Assembly (NCBI GenBank): GCA_965240325.2
Contig: OZ251244.1
Coordinates: forward strand, 186,001-250,000
Source: Rebecca billardiae RCC1528
Lineage: Eukaryota; Protista; Haptophyta
Direction: 5' to 3'
DNA length: 64,000 nt
Positions 1 through 13,092 of the stretch are shown here, piece by piece. The notes under the pieces are model-generated. The model was not told the DNA's origin. It did not search any database and saw nothing but the letters and a program-made list of their open reading frames with translations. The stretch's first letter is position 1; each line of letters opens with the position of its first letter. Made by a program: the position numbers and the translations under genes.

Positions 1-3000
1 TGTGCTGCGCTGTGCTGTGCTGCGCTGTGCTGTGCTGGGCTGGGCTCACCTGTCCGAGCAGCAGGTCGATGGCGCCGTCCCGGAGTCCGAGCTGCTCCAG
101 CGCCAGCCCCTGCAGCCCCTCGCGCATGCGCAGCTGCAGCTCGAGCTGCATCACCTCGAGCTCCATCAGCTGCGCGCACGACAGCAGCCGCAGGAACGGG
201 CGCAGCGCGACGGACCCGCCGCCGCCGCCGGCGGCGGCGGCGGCGGACGGCTGCGGCGGCGCGGCTGGTTGCGCGGCGGCGGCGGCGCGGGGCGACGGCG
301 CGCTCGGCGAGGCGCGCAGGCGCGCGCACGCCGAGAGCACAGGCGACGGCTCGGCGGCGGAGGGCGGGCTCGGCGGCGCGGGCTCGGCGGCGGACGCGGC
401 AGGCTGGCTCAGCCGCCGCTGCCGCGCGCCGCCGCGCGAGCCCGGCGCTCGCTCGCGCGCGCCCGCCGCCGCGTGCAGCTGTGTGTACAGCGCCGCTGCC
501 CCGGCCTCGTTCGCCTGCAGGCCACACGCGAGGCGCTGTGGGCGCGCGAGCGCGCGCGCGAGCGCGGCGCGCGGAGGGGCGCGGGGGGCGGCGGGCGCGC
601 GCGGGCGGGCGCGCGTGGACGTCGGCACACGGCGCGCGCAGCGCAGCGGCGGTGGGCGCGCGCGCGGCGCGGCGCGGCGCGGCGCGCGCGGCACCTGACG
701 CGTGGCCTCGTTGATGGCCTCCGCACGGCTGCGTCTCGCCGCCTCCGCCTCGAGCGCCGCCAGCGCGTCCGCCGCCGCCGCCGCCGCCATCACCGCCGCC
801 ACGCCGCCCTCACCGCCCTCGGCGCCCTCCGCCGCCGCGCCCGCGCGCGCCGCCGCCGTCCGCTCGGCCAGCGCATGCAGGTCCGCCCGATTCTGCCGCG
901 AGGTTTGATTCAGCTCGAGCAGCGAGCGGCGCAGGCCGAGCCGCTCCTGGAAGTTGGTCACCAGCGCGGCCTGCAGCCAGCGCAGCCGCGCGCTCTCGCG
1001 CCGCGCCGCCGCGCGCGCGCCGAGCCGCGCCGAGCCGCGGTGAGCGCTGCCGTCGGCGGCGTCGGCGTCGGCTTCGCGCGCGTAGCCCGCGCGCTCGGCG
1101 GCGGCGGCGGCATCGGAGCCGACCTCAGAGCAGCCGCCGTCCGAGCGGTCCGAGCCCTCGTCGTCCTCGTCCCCGAGCAGCTCCGAGTCGGTGCCGAACC
1201 CGTCCTCCTCCTCGTCCTCGTACTCGTCCTCCTCCTCCGACCAGCCGGACGGCGTCGCCGCGCCGCCGCCGCCGAGCGCGCCGCCGGCGCCGCGCGCCGG
1301 CGCCGCGGCGTCGGCCGCGGCGTCGGCCGCGCGCTCATCCGGGCCGCCGGCTGCGGCCGGCCACGAGGCGGCGAGCTGGGCGCGCGCGAGCGAGGCCGCG
1401 GCCTCGGCCGGCGGCACGCCCGGTGCGTGCGCGGCGTGCTGCCGCGCCGCCTCGCCCCGCCGCGCGTGCGCCGACGGGCGGCGCAGCCCCGGGCTGTGCG
1501 ACGCCGCACTCCGATGCGAGAGCACCGACCGCGCGGACGGCGCGCGCGAGAGCGGGGCGCGCGGCGTCGCCGGCGCGCTGCCCCCCCCGGTGGCGGCGGC
1601 GGTGGCGGCGCGGGCGGCGCGCGGCGAGGCGGCGGCGGCCGCCGCGCCCGCGGCCGCCGCCGCGCCCGCCTGCCGCTCCGCCTCCGCCCCGTGCAGCGGC
1701 GGCGGCACCCCGTGCGCGATCAGCTGCGCCCGCAGCGCGCCCACCTCAGCTCTCAACTCGGTCACAAGCCGGTGGTAGGCTGCAAGCTGCTGCTGCGCGT
1801 GCGCCGCGCGCGCGCCGCGCTGCCCCGAGCCGGTGCGGATGTGGCTGGCCCTGTGCGCGTACTTGAGCGTGTTCACCGACTCGTCGAACGAGGGCGCGCC
1901 CGGCGCGAGGCAGCACAGCATCACCTGCGCCAGAGCGAGCACACCCCAGCCACACGGGCCGGAGGCGGCGGAGGGCGGCGCGGACGCGCGCGCGCCGCGC
2001 GCGGGCATGGTGTCAGTGTGCGCGCGCGCGCGCGGCGCGCGCGCGCCGGGGCGTCAGCGCACGCGCGCGGGCGCGTGGGGCGCGTGGGTCGCGCACCGTC
2101 TTGGACTGCCCGCCGAGCGACTCCTTCAGCAGCCGCGTCAGCTTCGAGTCTCGGTAGTTGACGAACGACGAGCGGCGCTGCGGCGCACACAGCGCACGCG
2201 CACACAGCGCACGCGCACACAGCGCACGCGCACACGCACACGCGCACGCACACAGCACGCACACACGGCACGGGCGGCAACGGCGCCATGGCGTGGGGGC
2301 GCGCGGTGCGTGGGGCACGCGCGGCGGCGCGGCGGGGCCGTCGCGTCAGCCCCCCGCGCGCCTCGCGTCTCGCCCCCGCGCGCGCGCCGTCAGTCGGAGT
2401 CTGGCAGCGGCGCGCGCACCCGGCTGCCGAGGACGCTGATGCAGTTGGCCAGGGCGAGCAGCGAGCGGTTGATCCGCCGGCCCTCGCGCAGCCGCTGCCC
2501 GCCCGGCGCGGCGCCGCCCTGCCGCTCCGAGCCGGCGAGGTCGATCAGCGAGAGCTTCGCTGACGTGCCTCCTGCCTCCGCCTCCGCCGCCGCCGCCGCA
2601 CCGCCGCCGCCGCCGCCGCCCGCCGCCGCCGCCGCCACCGTGACTGTGAGCAGCGCGTGCGAGCGCGACGACACCTCGTTCAGGTGCGTCGCCTCGGTGG
2701 AGCGCCGGCTGCCGCCGAGCGCGAGGAGGCGGTGCACCTCCGCGGCGGAGGAGACCTGCACCTCGTGCACGCCCGCGACGAACACGCCCTGCGCGCACGC
2801 GGCGCGGCGGCGCGGCGGCGCGACGGCGCACAGGCGTTGGCCAGGGTGCGTCGGCGCGCGCGCGCGCGGCGGCGGCGCGCCGTACGCACGCGCGCATGCA
2901 TGCACGCGCCGCCCACGGTCCACACACGCACGCACCCGGATCGGGTCTTCGCGCACGTCCAGTCCGGCGCCCCTCTCGGCAGCACCGGACTTGTCCGCGC

Positions 3001-4192
3001 CCTGCGCGCCCGCGCTGCTGCCGCCCGCCGCCCAGCCCGCGCCGCCCGCCGAGCCGGAGCCGCCCGAGCCGCCCGGCGTCTGCGCCCCCAGCAGGTCGTA
3101 CACCGCCTCGTTGTAGATCTCAATGTACGACACGCACACGCGCACCGACGACGCGGGGAGCGCGGGGAGCGCGGGTAATGCGGGTAATCCGGGTACGGAG
3201 GGCGGCTGGTCGGCGCGCGCGCTGCATGCGGCCGCGGCGGCGCGCCGGGCAATGGTGTCGAAGAGCAGCTCGAGCGCGAGCGGCATCACGCCCGGCTGGC
3301 CCGGCGCGCCCGACATCGTGTACGTCTGCGCCGCGCCGCGCAGTGGGGCGGCGGCGCGCGCGCGCTGTCGGCGCGGCGGCGGCGGCGCGGCGCGGCGCGG
3401 CGCGAGGCGGGAACGCCATCCGCGCACGCGCCGCCGCGCCGCCCGCCGCCGCACCTTGCCTGAGCCCGTCGGGCCGTACGCGAAGACGGAGCAGTTGACC
3501 CCGTTGAGCACGTGCGCCACGAGCGGCCGGGCCGTGTGCTCGAACACCCTGCGCCACGCCGGCCGGCCGGGCGCGCGCGTGGGCGAGGGCGGGAGATGGT
3601 CGGCCGAGCGCGCGCGGCCGCGCATGCGCGCGCACGGCCGCGCGGCGACGCGCGCGCGCGGTCGCGGTGCGCGGGCAAGGGGTGCCCGCGGCGAGGCGAG
3701 CGCGGCGGGGCGCGCGCAGAACCCCGCGCGACTGGCCCCGTGAGGCCTCGCGCACCACCTCGGTGCGCCTGTCGCCGCGGCCGCGGCGCCGCGGCCGACA
3801 CGGCGGCCGCGCCGAGGCGCCGCGCTCGCGTGCTCGCGCGCGCACCGCTCCTGCGGCGTGTCCGCATCGAAGGCGTGGTCGAAGCTGTACTGCTTCTGGC
3901 GCGTCCGCCCCGCGCCGGGCCCGTACGCGATCACGCCGTCCGCCGGGTCCAGCACGAGCACTGTCCGCCCCTCGCTCACGCGCACAATCGACGTGAGACC
4001 GGACGCCAGCTCGCGCGCGGAGAGCGGGCGGACGCGGACGGCGACGGAGATGTGGGACGGGGCGGGCTGGGCGGAGGCCGGGGCGTCCTCTGCCGCCGGC
4101 GGTGCGGCGCCGAGCGGCGGCGGCGCGCCGCCCGGCGGCGGCGGTGCGCCCTCGGCGGGCGGCCCCTCGCCCTCGCGGGCTGCCGCCGCCAT
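1..4192 (-). CDS. Kinesin-8 (KIF18/19-like) motor protein, multi-exon, 3' end beyond window start
   Basis: Spliced motor motifs: VAVRVRP, YSFDHAF, P-loop FAYGPTGSGK|TYTM, SYIEIYNE, switch I NEVSSRSH, switch II LSLIDLAGSER, INRSLLALANCI, YRDSKLTRLLKESLGG, TLKYAHRA, followed by a coiled-coil tail. GT-AG introns at 3549-3845, 3326-3454, 2789-2935, 2178-2419, 1925-2096, 515-694 and one starting at ~49. Confidence 0.9.
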
Positions 4193-5172
4193 CCCTGGCC
4201 TTGGCCCAAGCCGGATGCAGTCGGGCGCGAGTTCTTCCTCCGCGCGGCTGTCGGAGATGCCCGGCTCGAATCAGCGGGAGGCCGCACGCTGCGCTGCGCC
4301 GCCGCTCATTGGCCGCCGCGTGCAAGCTGGCTGTTTCTCTGCCCACCGCGACACTGGCTCCTAGCGGGCGCCGCGCCGGGCGGGCGCTCAGAATCGTCGT
4401 AGAAGCACTTGGCGGCAGCGCAGCGCAGGGAATCTGCCCAGCGCTGTCGGCACGCCCACTCGGCGGCGCGTCCCCGTAGCTGCGCCGTGCGGCCGCGCGC
4501 CGTGCCGTGCGGCGTCGGCGCGGCGAATGTGCCCGCGCGTGCGGAGCTGCCGAGGCGGCCGTCGCTCGTCGACCGTCTGAGCTGATCAGACGGCCGTCCG
4601 CCAGTTTTTGGCCCGTACGCGCGCGCGCCGGCCGGTTGGAGCGGATCGGGCCACCCGCCAGTGCACTCGCGCCCAGCGCGACTCGTGGACACGTGCTGGC
4701 GAGGGACGTTCATGCGGCCATTACTAAGACGACTAGACTTGCACGAAGCGTCGCGGCTTCCGCCCATCCGGCCCGACTGCTCACGCCGCGCAAGTGATGA
4801 CAATCTCGGGGGTGGCTCCGCCAGTCCGCCGCACGGCCCGCGCACGTGACTGTGACGTCGACTCTGTAGTCATCTGTACTGTCTGTACGGCGCGGCCATC
4901 ACGCGATCACTGCATTATTCTAACCAGTGCGCGCGCATGTATACGTAGTATGCTGCGCGCCGCGTGCAAACTACGGCATCACCGCCTTGACTGCTAGGCG
5001 CATTCAAAAGCATCAGCGTCGATCAGACGATCAGCAGCATTGCGCGACGTACAGTAGTACACGGCAGCAGCAGCAGCAGTGAGGCGACCAGCACGCGGGC
5101 GCGGGCTCGGCAGCGCGCGCGGCTGGGGCACTGCACAGGGCACCGCCCCGAGCGGCGCAGGCGGCGCCGCCC

Positions 5173-8100
5173 TCAGCTGCCGACTGAGCCGGTGCGCCTG
5201 TGCTGCGCGGCGAGGCCGCCCACCTTATGCAGCAGACCGGCCGCTGCGCCCACTGCGGCACCCACCGCCTTGTCTGCGACGCCCGACGCGACCGCGCCCA
5301 CACCCGCGCCCGCGCCGCCCGCGTGCGGCGTGGGCGCTGGCGGCGAGCGGTCGCGCGGCCGCGCCGCGCCGGCCGAGGTGGCCGCCGCGCCGCCGCCGCC
5401 GCCCGCGCCGCCGCCGCCCGCGCCGCCGCCGCCCGGTCGCACGGCCGCGCCGCCCTCCGCCGCGCCGCCGCCGCCGGCATCCGAGGCGGCGGGCGGCGGC
5501 GGTGGCGCCGGCTCGAGCGCGACAATGTCCGCGCACGGGTGGCACACGCGCTCGGGCGCGCTCGCCCTGCCGCCAAACTTGGTGATGAGCGCGGTGCCGG
5601 GCGAGCACGCGGCGCAGACGCATCGGCCGCAGTGGCGGCAGTGGTGGCGGCGCTGCGGCAGGGCGGTGGGCGCGTCCTTGGTGGGGCCGAAGGGGCTGCG
5701 GCAGAGCTGCGCGCACGGCGCGCACGGCGCGCGCGGCGCGGCGGCGGGCGGCGGGGGTGGGGCGCGCGGCGTGCGGCGCGCGTGCGCGGCGCGGCGCACC
5801 CGTGCGCGCCGCCGCAGTGTCCGCGCGCCGCCCGTGCGCGCCTCCGCACCTGGCAGGCGCCGATGGCCCGGTCAGGCACCCAGTTGGGCGGCTTGCACAC
5901 GGCGCGCAGCAGCGCGGAGGACAGCGGCCGGCCGTCCACCACCTGCGCCGTGTCTAGCGGGCACAGCGAGTCGTGGTTGGGCAGCGACACCCACGCGCCC
6001 TGCGCGAGCGCACGCGCGCGCGCACGCGCGCGCGCACGCACGCGCGTGTCAGCACGCACGCGCACGTGCGCACACGCACACGCACACGCACACACACACG
6101 CGCGCACACACACACGCACACACACACACACACGCACACACACACACACAGCGCACGCACACGCGCACACACACGTACGCACACACGGGACGGGCCCGCC
6201 TCGCGCGGCGCTTCGCCGCCCCCCGAGCCGCCCCCGCACCTGCCGCACGAAGAACGCCGCCAGCCGCGCCGCGCCGCCGAACGCGGCCACGTGCAGCGCC
6301 GTGTTGCCCGCCACGTCCGCGGCGTCGAGCGGCAGCGGCTGCGCGGTCAGCAGCTCGAGCAGGGCGCCGCGCGCGTCCAGCACGCCGTCGCCGCGCTCGG
6401 CGAGGACGTGGAGCACGGTCTCCTGCACGCGCGCGCGGCAAGGGGGCGGCGCGGCCGGCGCGTCGGCGGCGGGCGCGGTGCGCGGCGCGCGCCGCCGCGC
6501 GTCGGCGGCGGGCCGCGCGCGCGCGCGCGCTGCAACGAGCCGTGCGCGGGCGCAGTGCCGCCGCCCCACCTGCCGCCCGTTTCGCGCGTGCAGCGACGCG
6601 CCGTGCCCGACGAGGAGGGAGACGAGGTCCGCCGCGTCTCGCGCCTCCCGCGCCGCGACGTGCAGCGCCGTGTCCCCCGCCGCGTCCGCCGCGTCGATGC
6701 CCCCCGCCACCCCAGCCCAGCCCGCGGCCGCGCACGCGTCGAGCAGCATGGCCGCCGCGCGCAGCGGCGCGCCGGCGGGCGCGCGCGAGCCGCACGCGGC
6801 GTGCAGCGGCGTGTAGCCGCGCACGCGCTCGCGCACGCCGAGCGCCGCGCCGTGCGCGAGCAGCTCGCGGATCACCTCGCCCCGCGCGAGCGCCGCCGCC
6901 CAGTGCAGCGCCGTCTCCCCGTTCGGGTTGGGCGCGTCCGCGTGTGCGCACAGCGACAGCAGAAAACGCACGCTGTCCGCGTCCGCGGCCGCGGTGGCGA
7001 GGTGGAGGAGGGTGGAGCCCCGGCGCGTGAGGCCGTTGATGTCGACGGCGGGGCGGGCGAGGAGGAGCTGCAGGGTCGGCAGCTGCCGCGCCTCGAGCGC
7101 CACCTCGAGCGGCGAGCGCTCCGCAGCGTCGCACAGCGTGAGCGAAGCGCCCGCGCGCAGCAGCAGCTGTGTCACACGCGCTGCGCCGCACGAGGCGGCC
7201 AGATGGAGCGCGGTGGCGCCGCGGCGGTTCTGGTCGTCGATGTCGACGTCGTACGCGAGGAGGAGGGCGGCGACTGCCTCCGCCTCCGCCTCCACGCCCT
7301 CCGCCACGCCTCGCGCGCCGCCGCCCTCCGCGCCGCCCCCGCCGCCCCCGCCCCCCGGCCCCGCCGCCGCGTCCGCGCAGCGCAGCACCGCCGCATGCAG
7401 CAGGCTGTTGCCGCCTCCGTCCTTGCGGCGCGACGGCCGCGCGCCGCGCTCGAGCAGTGCGCCGACCAGCGCGGAGGAGCCGTGGCGCACGGCGACGTCG
7501 AGCGAGGTGCGCCCGTCCGACGGCGCGCCCACCTCCTGGTCCGCGCCTGCGCACGCGCGGGTTGGGGTGAGGGTTGGGGTCCGGGTGAGGGGTCCGGGCG
7601 CACGCCCGGGGGCCGCGGCGCCGCGCGGCGCGGGCGGCCGCGGCGCGGCGCGGCGCGGCGCGCGGCGGCGCGCGCGGCGCGGCGCACGCACCGCACTCGA
7701 GCAGCGCGAGCGCGAGCGTCGAGTCGCGCGCGGCGCACGCCGCCATCAGCAGCGGCTCGCCCGCGCGCTCGCCGCCGCACTGCGCGTTCGGGTCGGCGCC
7801 TGCGGCCAGCAGCGCGTGTAGACAGCCAAAGCTCTCCGCTGCGACCGCCGCCTGCAGGGGGAGCGTGCCGTCAGCCGCGGCGGCGTCGGGCGCGGCGCGC
7901 GCGCCGAGCAGCGCGGCGACGGCGTGCTCGTCCGAGCGGGAGACGGCGAGGATGAGCGGCGTGAGCCCGGCGCCGCACGCCGCGCCGCCCGCGCCGCCCA
8001 CCGCCGCCGCCGCACGCGCATCCAGCCGCAGTGGCGCGAGCGCGGCGCGCAGCGCGCCGGCCGGCGCGCCGGCCGCGGCCGCGCACGGCGGCGGCGGCGG

Positions 8101-10014
8101 CGGCGCGGCGGCGGCGTCGGCGTCGGCGTCGGCGGCGGGCGCGTCGCGCCACTCGACCCAGCGGAGCAGCGCGTCGAGCACGTCGTGCCGCCCCAGCGCG
8201 ACCGCGCGGTGCAGCAAGTCCGTCGCGCCCTCCGCCCCGCCGCCGCCGCCCGCCGCGTCGGCGCCGTCGGCCGCGCCGCCGTCGGCCGCGCGCGCAGCGC
8301 CGAGCCGCGCGCCCGCGCGCACCAGTGGCGGCAGCAGCGCGGCGCAGCCCTGCCAGATCGCAACCTCGAGCGCGCACATGCCCGCGTGCTCGCCCGCAGG
8401 CAGCCAGCCCGCGCGCCACTCGGCGGTGGCCGCGGCCGCGCCGCCGCCGCCGCCGTCCGCCGCCGCGGGCGCGGCGGCGGTCGGCGCGCCGCCGCGCGCC
8501 GCCCGCACGCGCGCGGCCGGGTCGGCTCCGCGCGCGAGCAGCAGACGCGCCACGCGCACCGCGTACGGCAGCGGCAGCGGCTCGAGGCCGGCGCCCCCGG
8601 GCGGCGCCGCCCCCTCCGCCGCGGCGCGCGCGCACACCGCACTCAGTAGCGTGTGCCGTCCGCCCGGCGCGCGCTCGCCCGGCGCTGCGCCAAATCGGAG
8701 CAGCGCACGCGCCGCGCCGAGCTGGCGGCAGCCGAAGAGGGCGTAGTGGAGGGCGGTCTCGTCGTCGTCGGCGGCGCGCGCGCGCAGCAGCGCGGCCGCG
8801 CCGCCGGGCGCGCGCGCCGCCGCCAGCCGCGGCAGCAGCCCGACTTCCCCCGCGGGCGGAGGCACCGCGGCGCATAGCGCGGCCGCGGCAGCCTCGTCGT
8901 CCGCGTCCGCGGCCGCGTCGGCGTCGGACGCGCCGAGCGCGAGCGCGCGCGCGCGCGCGGAGCCGCCCTCGTCCCCGCCGCCACCGTCGGCGCCATCCCC
9001 GCCGCCCTCCGTGCCCGTGCCTGCGCCGGCGTGCCCCGCGCGCCCCGCGCGCGCCGCGCCGCCCGCCGCCGGCGCCATCAGCGCGGCGGGCAGCACGTCC
9101 GACCGCCCCTCGGCGAGCGCGAGGCGCAGCGCAGCGCCGCCGCCGTGGCCCGCGGCGGCGCGCGTGAGGAAGAGCTCCGCGGCGAGGTGCACGTCCAGGT
9201 GCTCCGCGCCGAGCAGCCCCGGCGGCCCGCCGCCCCCCGCGCGGCGCAGCGCCGCGTACAGCGGCGGCGCCGCCAGCAGCGCGAGGCAGTGCCGCAGCAG
9301 CTGCGGCGCGGCGCGCGCCCAGCCGTCAAGCGCGGCGGCGGCCAGGTTGGGCGGGGCGACGCGCGCGGCGAGCCGCGCCTCGGCGAGCTGCATGAAGCGC
9401 CGCGTCGCGCGCACGCCCTCGCGCGGCTCCAGCGCGCCGGGCGCGCCGCGCAGCCCGTTCGCCAGATCGACCATCTCGAAGTCGAATGCGCATGCCGACG
9501 CCCACGCGGCGCGCGCGCGCGCCAGCGCGGCGCGCAGCGCGGCGGGGTCGGCGCCCAGCGCGGCGAGGTCGTCGGGCGGCGGCGAGGCTTCGCGCGCCGG
9601 CCCGCCCTCCGCCGCCCCGCCCTCCTCCGCCTCCGCCGGCGCGTGCTGCGGCGGCGGCCGCTCCGTGTACAGATGCGCGAGCAGCGCGGACACGGCGCGC
9701 GCGGAGCCGCGGAGCGGCACGGCGCCGGCGGAGGGCTCGCGGCCCGCGGCGCGCGCGTCGGCCTCGGCGGCGGCCTGCGCCGCGCGCACAAAGGGCTCGC
9801 CGCAGCGGCACTCGAGGATCGCGCGGTGCACCGCCATCTCGGTGCCGTCCGCCGCGCGCACGCGCAGGTCGGCGTAGCGGCCGCTCGCGAGCAGCGCGGC
9901 GCCGCCGGCGACGGCGTCGGCGGCGAGGGTGGGCGGGTCGACGACGGGCGGGGCGCCGCGCGGCGCGGGCGGCGGCGCGGGCGGCTCGTCCCACGGGTTG
10001 CCGAACGGGTTCAT
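5173..10014 (-). CDS. BTB + ankyrin repeats + C-terminal FYVE finger (Rabankyrin-5/ANKFY1-like)
   Basis: N-terminal BTB-like segment ([25 protein letters not shown]), many ankyrin repeats ([27 protein letters not shown]) and FYVE WVPD..CQ|[25 protein letters not shown]. Introns at 7547-7691, 6423-6569, 6000-6239 and 5707-5849. Confidence 0.85.
6070..6185. repeat. (CA)n/(CG)n microsatellite in an intron
   Basis: Alternating cacacacgcacac tract inside intron 6000-6239. Confidence 0.85.
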
Positions 10015-10616
10015 CTCGCCGCGCGGAGGCGGCGCGCGGGAGCTCCCTCGTCCGCCACCCTTGCTCCGGCGTGGTGGGCGCGCCCAGCCGGCCTGCTGGC
10101 TGCTGCTGGCGCGGCACCGGATTCATCCGGGTACGTCGGACCTTGGCTCCGCAATGGCAGTTCCGCAGACCGCATGGCGGCGGCCTTCGCGCGTCTTGCG
10201 GTCGCGGGCGGGCATGCTCATGTCGTGTGCACGCTGGCCTGCTCAGTACTCAGCGGGGCCGGGCTGCCCGCGCGCTGTCTTCGCGCCATCATGCGCGGCC
10301 GACACCGGGCTTCAGCGCCGACCAGCGCCCGACGACGAGCCCGCGCCGCGCCGCGGCTGCGGAGAGTCTGGCCGGTCTCACTCCTGCCGCTCGCGGCCCC
10401 GCGGGCGGTCTGCGGGACCGACTGCTCAGCCCGCGTGTATAGGCAGCGGATCATCGCGGTCGTGAGACTGTCCCGGAACTGACGTCATCGACTTCAGCCG
10501 TCCCGTTTGAGACAAGACTGGCATCGTGCAGTTGAGTCATGATGAGTGGCGCCCGGCGGGCCGTCGAGACGCCGATTCAGGGGCGTCCGCCTATAATCTA
10601 TATCGTTCCTACCTAG

Positions 10617-13052
10617 TTAGCGCGCGTACACGCGCCGCCGGCTGTGCGCGACCGAGCTGCTCGCCGTCCGCCGCCACTCCCGGCCGCCCGCGCCGCCGAG
10701 CGCGCCGCCGCTCAGCGGGCGTCGGCGGGGCAGCGCGGAGGGCGCGCTGCCGTGCCCCGCGGCGGCGGCGCCGCCGTGCGCGCTCGGCGGGGCGAGGGCC
10801 GCGGCGACGCTGCGGCCAAGGGCAAATGCGGTGCGCGCGGGGCGGTGCGCGGGTGAGCCGGCGCATCGCGCGCGCGCACGCGCGGCAGCGCGCCGCCGGC
10901 GTCGGCGGCGACGACGGCGGCGCGGCGGCGCGCGCACCTCCGGTGGCCGCACTTGGCCGCGAGCGCGGCGGGCGTGTCGCCAAGGTGGTTGGTGCGCGCC
11001 GTGCTCGCGCCCGCGCGCAGCAGCAGCCTGCACACCGCGCGCTGCCCGTTGGCCGCGGCCGAGTGCAGCGGGGTGGCGCCAAACGCGTTGGGCAGGTCGA
11101 CGGTGGAGCCTGCGGCGGGGTGGCGCGCGGCGCGGCGGAGGGCGCGCGGCGGGGCGCGCGCGCGTGGGCGGCGGGCGGCCAGAGGCGCGCGACGCGCGCC
11201 GGCGCGCCCGCGACACCGCCCACCCGCCGCGGCACTGCGCGCGCCGCGCCGCGCGCACCGCCCTCCGCGAGCGCTGCGATCAGAAGCTGCGCGCAGCCCG
11301 CCTCGCCGCGCACCGCCGCCCAGTGCAGCGCCGAGTACCCGTGCCCACCGCGCGGCCGCGCCGCCGCCAGGCCCGGCTGCGCCCCGAGCAGCCGGCGCAG
11401 CTCCGCGTAGTCACAGGCCTCCGCTGCCTCGAACCAGCGCTGCCGCGCGCGCTCGAGCGCGCTTGGCGGCGGCGGTGAGGCGCGCGCGCGCTCGGCCGGC
11501 GCGGCGCGCGGCTCGAGCGCGCGCGCGCGGCGGCGCGCGTACGGCGCGATCTCGGATATCGCGATCTCGGAGATCGCGATCTCGGAGGGCGGCGGCGCCG
11601 AATGCGGCCCGCCCGCCGGCGCGCCGCGCGCGTGCGCGCCCGGCGGCGGCTCGCGCGGCGGCGTCGGGCCGGGGGTGAGGGCGCCATCATCGCCCCACTG
11701 CCAGCGCTCAGAGGGGGCGGCGGAAGAATCGCGGGGGCCGCCGCCGCGCGCGGTCGGCGCAGCGCTGAGCGAGCTGCGCGTCGGGCTGGGGCGCGCGGCG
11801 CCGCGTGGCGTGCCGCCGCCGCCGCCAGCGTCCGCGTCCGCGCCGCCGCCGCCGCCAGCGTCGGCGTAAGCGGCCGCAACGGCCACGGCCGCGGCCGCGG
11901 CCGCCGCAGCCGCGGCCACCGCCGAGGCGCGCGGCGGCGTCAGCCACTCGGCGCCGCCCTCCGCGCCCGCGTGGGCGTGGGCGCGCTGCTGCTGCCGCCG
12001 CTGCGGGGGGGCGAGGGCGAGGGGCGCGTGGGGCTGCAGCGTCGGGTATGCTCCACCCGCCGCCCCGTCCGTCCCCGCCGCCCCCGCCGCCCCCGCCGCC
12101 CCCGCCGCCCCCGCCGCCCCCGCCGCCCCCGCCGCCCCCGCCGCCCCCGCCGCCCCCGCCGCCCCCGCCGCCCCCGCCGCCCCCGCCGCCCCCGCCGCCC
12201 CCGCCGCCCCCGCCGCCGCCCCATCCAGAGGGCCAAGTGCCTCGAGCGCCGTGCGGAGACAGGCGACGCCAAAGCCGAGCCGCGCGCGCAGCAGCGCGTC
12301 GCTGCCGCCGCCGTCGGGGGCGGCGGGGGCGGCGGGGCCGCCGGGGCGGCGCGGGCTCACACCCGCGCCCGCGCCCGCGCCGCCCCACTCAGCACCGCTG
12401 TCGGCGGTCGGCGCGGCCGGCAGCGCGCGCGCGGGCTCAGCATCATTCTCCTCCGGGGCGCCGCCGCGGGCGCGCGCAGCCGCCGACGTCGGCGGCGGAG
12501 TCGGCGGCGGCCCCGGCGGTGGCGGTGGCGGTGGCGGCTGCAGCTGCGTCGGCGTCGGCGTCGGCGGCGCCGGCGCGGGCGCGGGCGTCGCTTGCGTTGG
12601 CGGCGGCAGCTGCTGCTGCGGCGTTGGCGGCTGCGGCTGCGGCAGCGCCGGTGTCGGCGCCAGCGGCGACTGCAGCTGCGTCGTCTGCGGCTGCGCCCAC
12701 ACCGGCTGCTGCTGCGGCCGCTGCGGCTGCTGCTGCGGCCGCTGCGGCTGCTGCGGCTGCTGCTGCGGCTGCTGCTGCTGCTGCGGCTGCTGCGGCTGCG
12801 GCTGCTGCGGCTGCGGCTGCTGCGGCTGCTGCGGCCGCTGCAGCCGCAGCCGTGACTCTGGCTCCGGTGTGGTCGGCTCAGAGCCGAGCCAGCCGGAGGA
12901 AGGGCGCGCCGGAGCGTGCGGACGCGCGGCGAGGGACGCCCGCGGCGGCGACGCGGGCGGCGTGCCCGTCTGCGTGTGCTGCGACGCCTGCGTCTGCGTC
13001 TGCTGCGTGCGCATCGGCGCGCGCGGCGGCGACGGCGGTGGCGAGCGACGCA

Positions 13053-13092
<40 letters not shown>

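Noticed and set aside
2-2161. 719-aa plus-strand ORF and the many other long Arg/Ala/Pro-rich ORFs (e.g. 12251-15787, 21024-23075, 57714-59420)
   Set aside because: They are antisense or off-frame shadows of real genes. Stop codons are rare at this GC content and the translations show no domain motifs.
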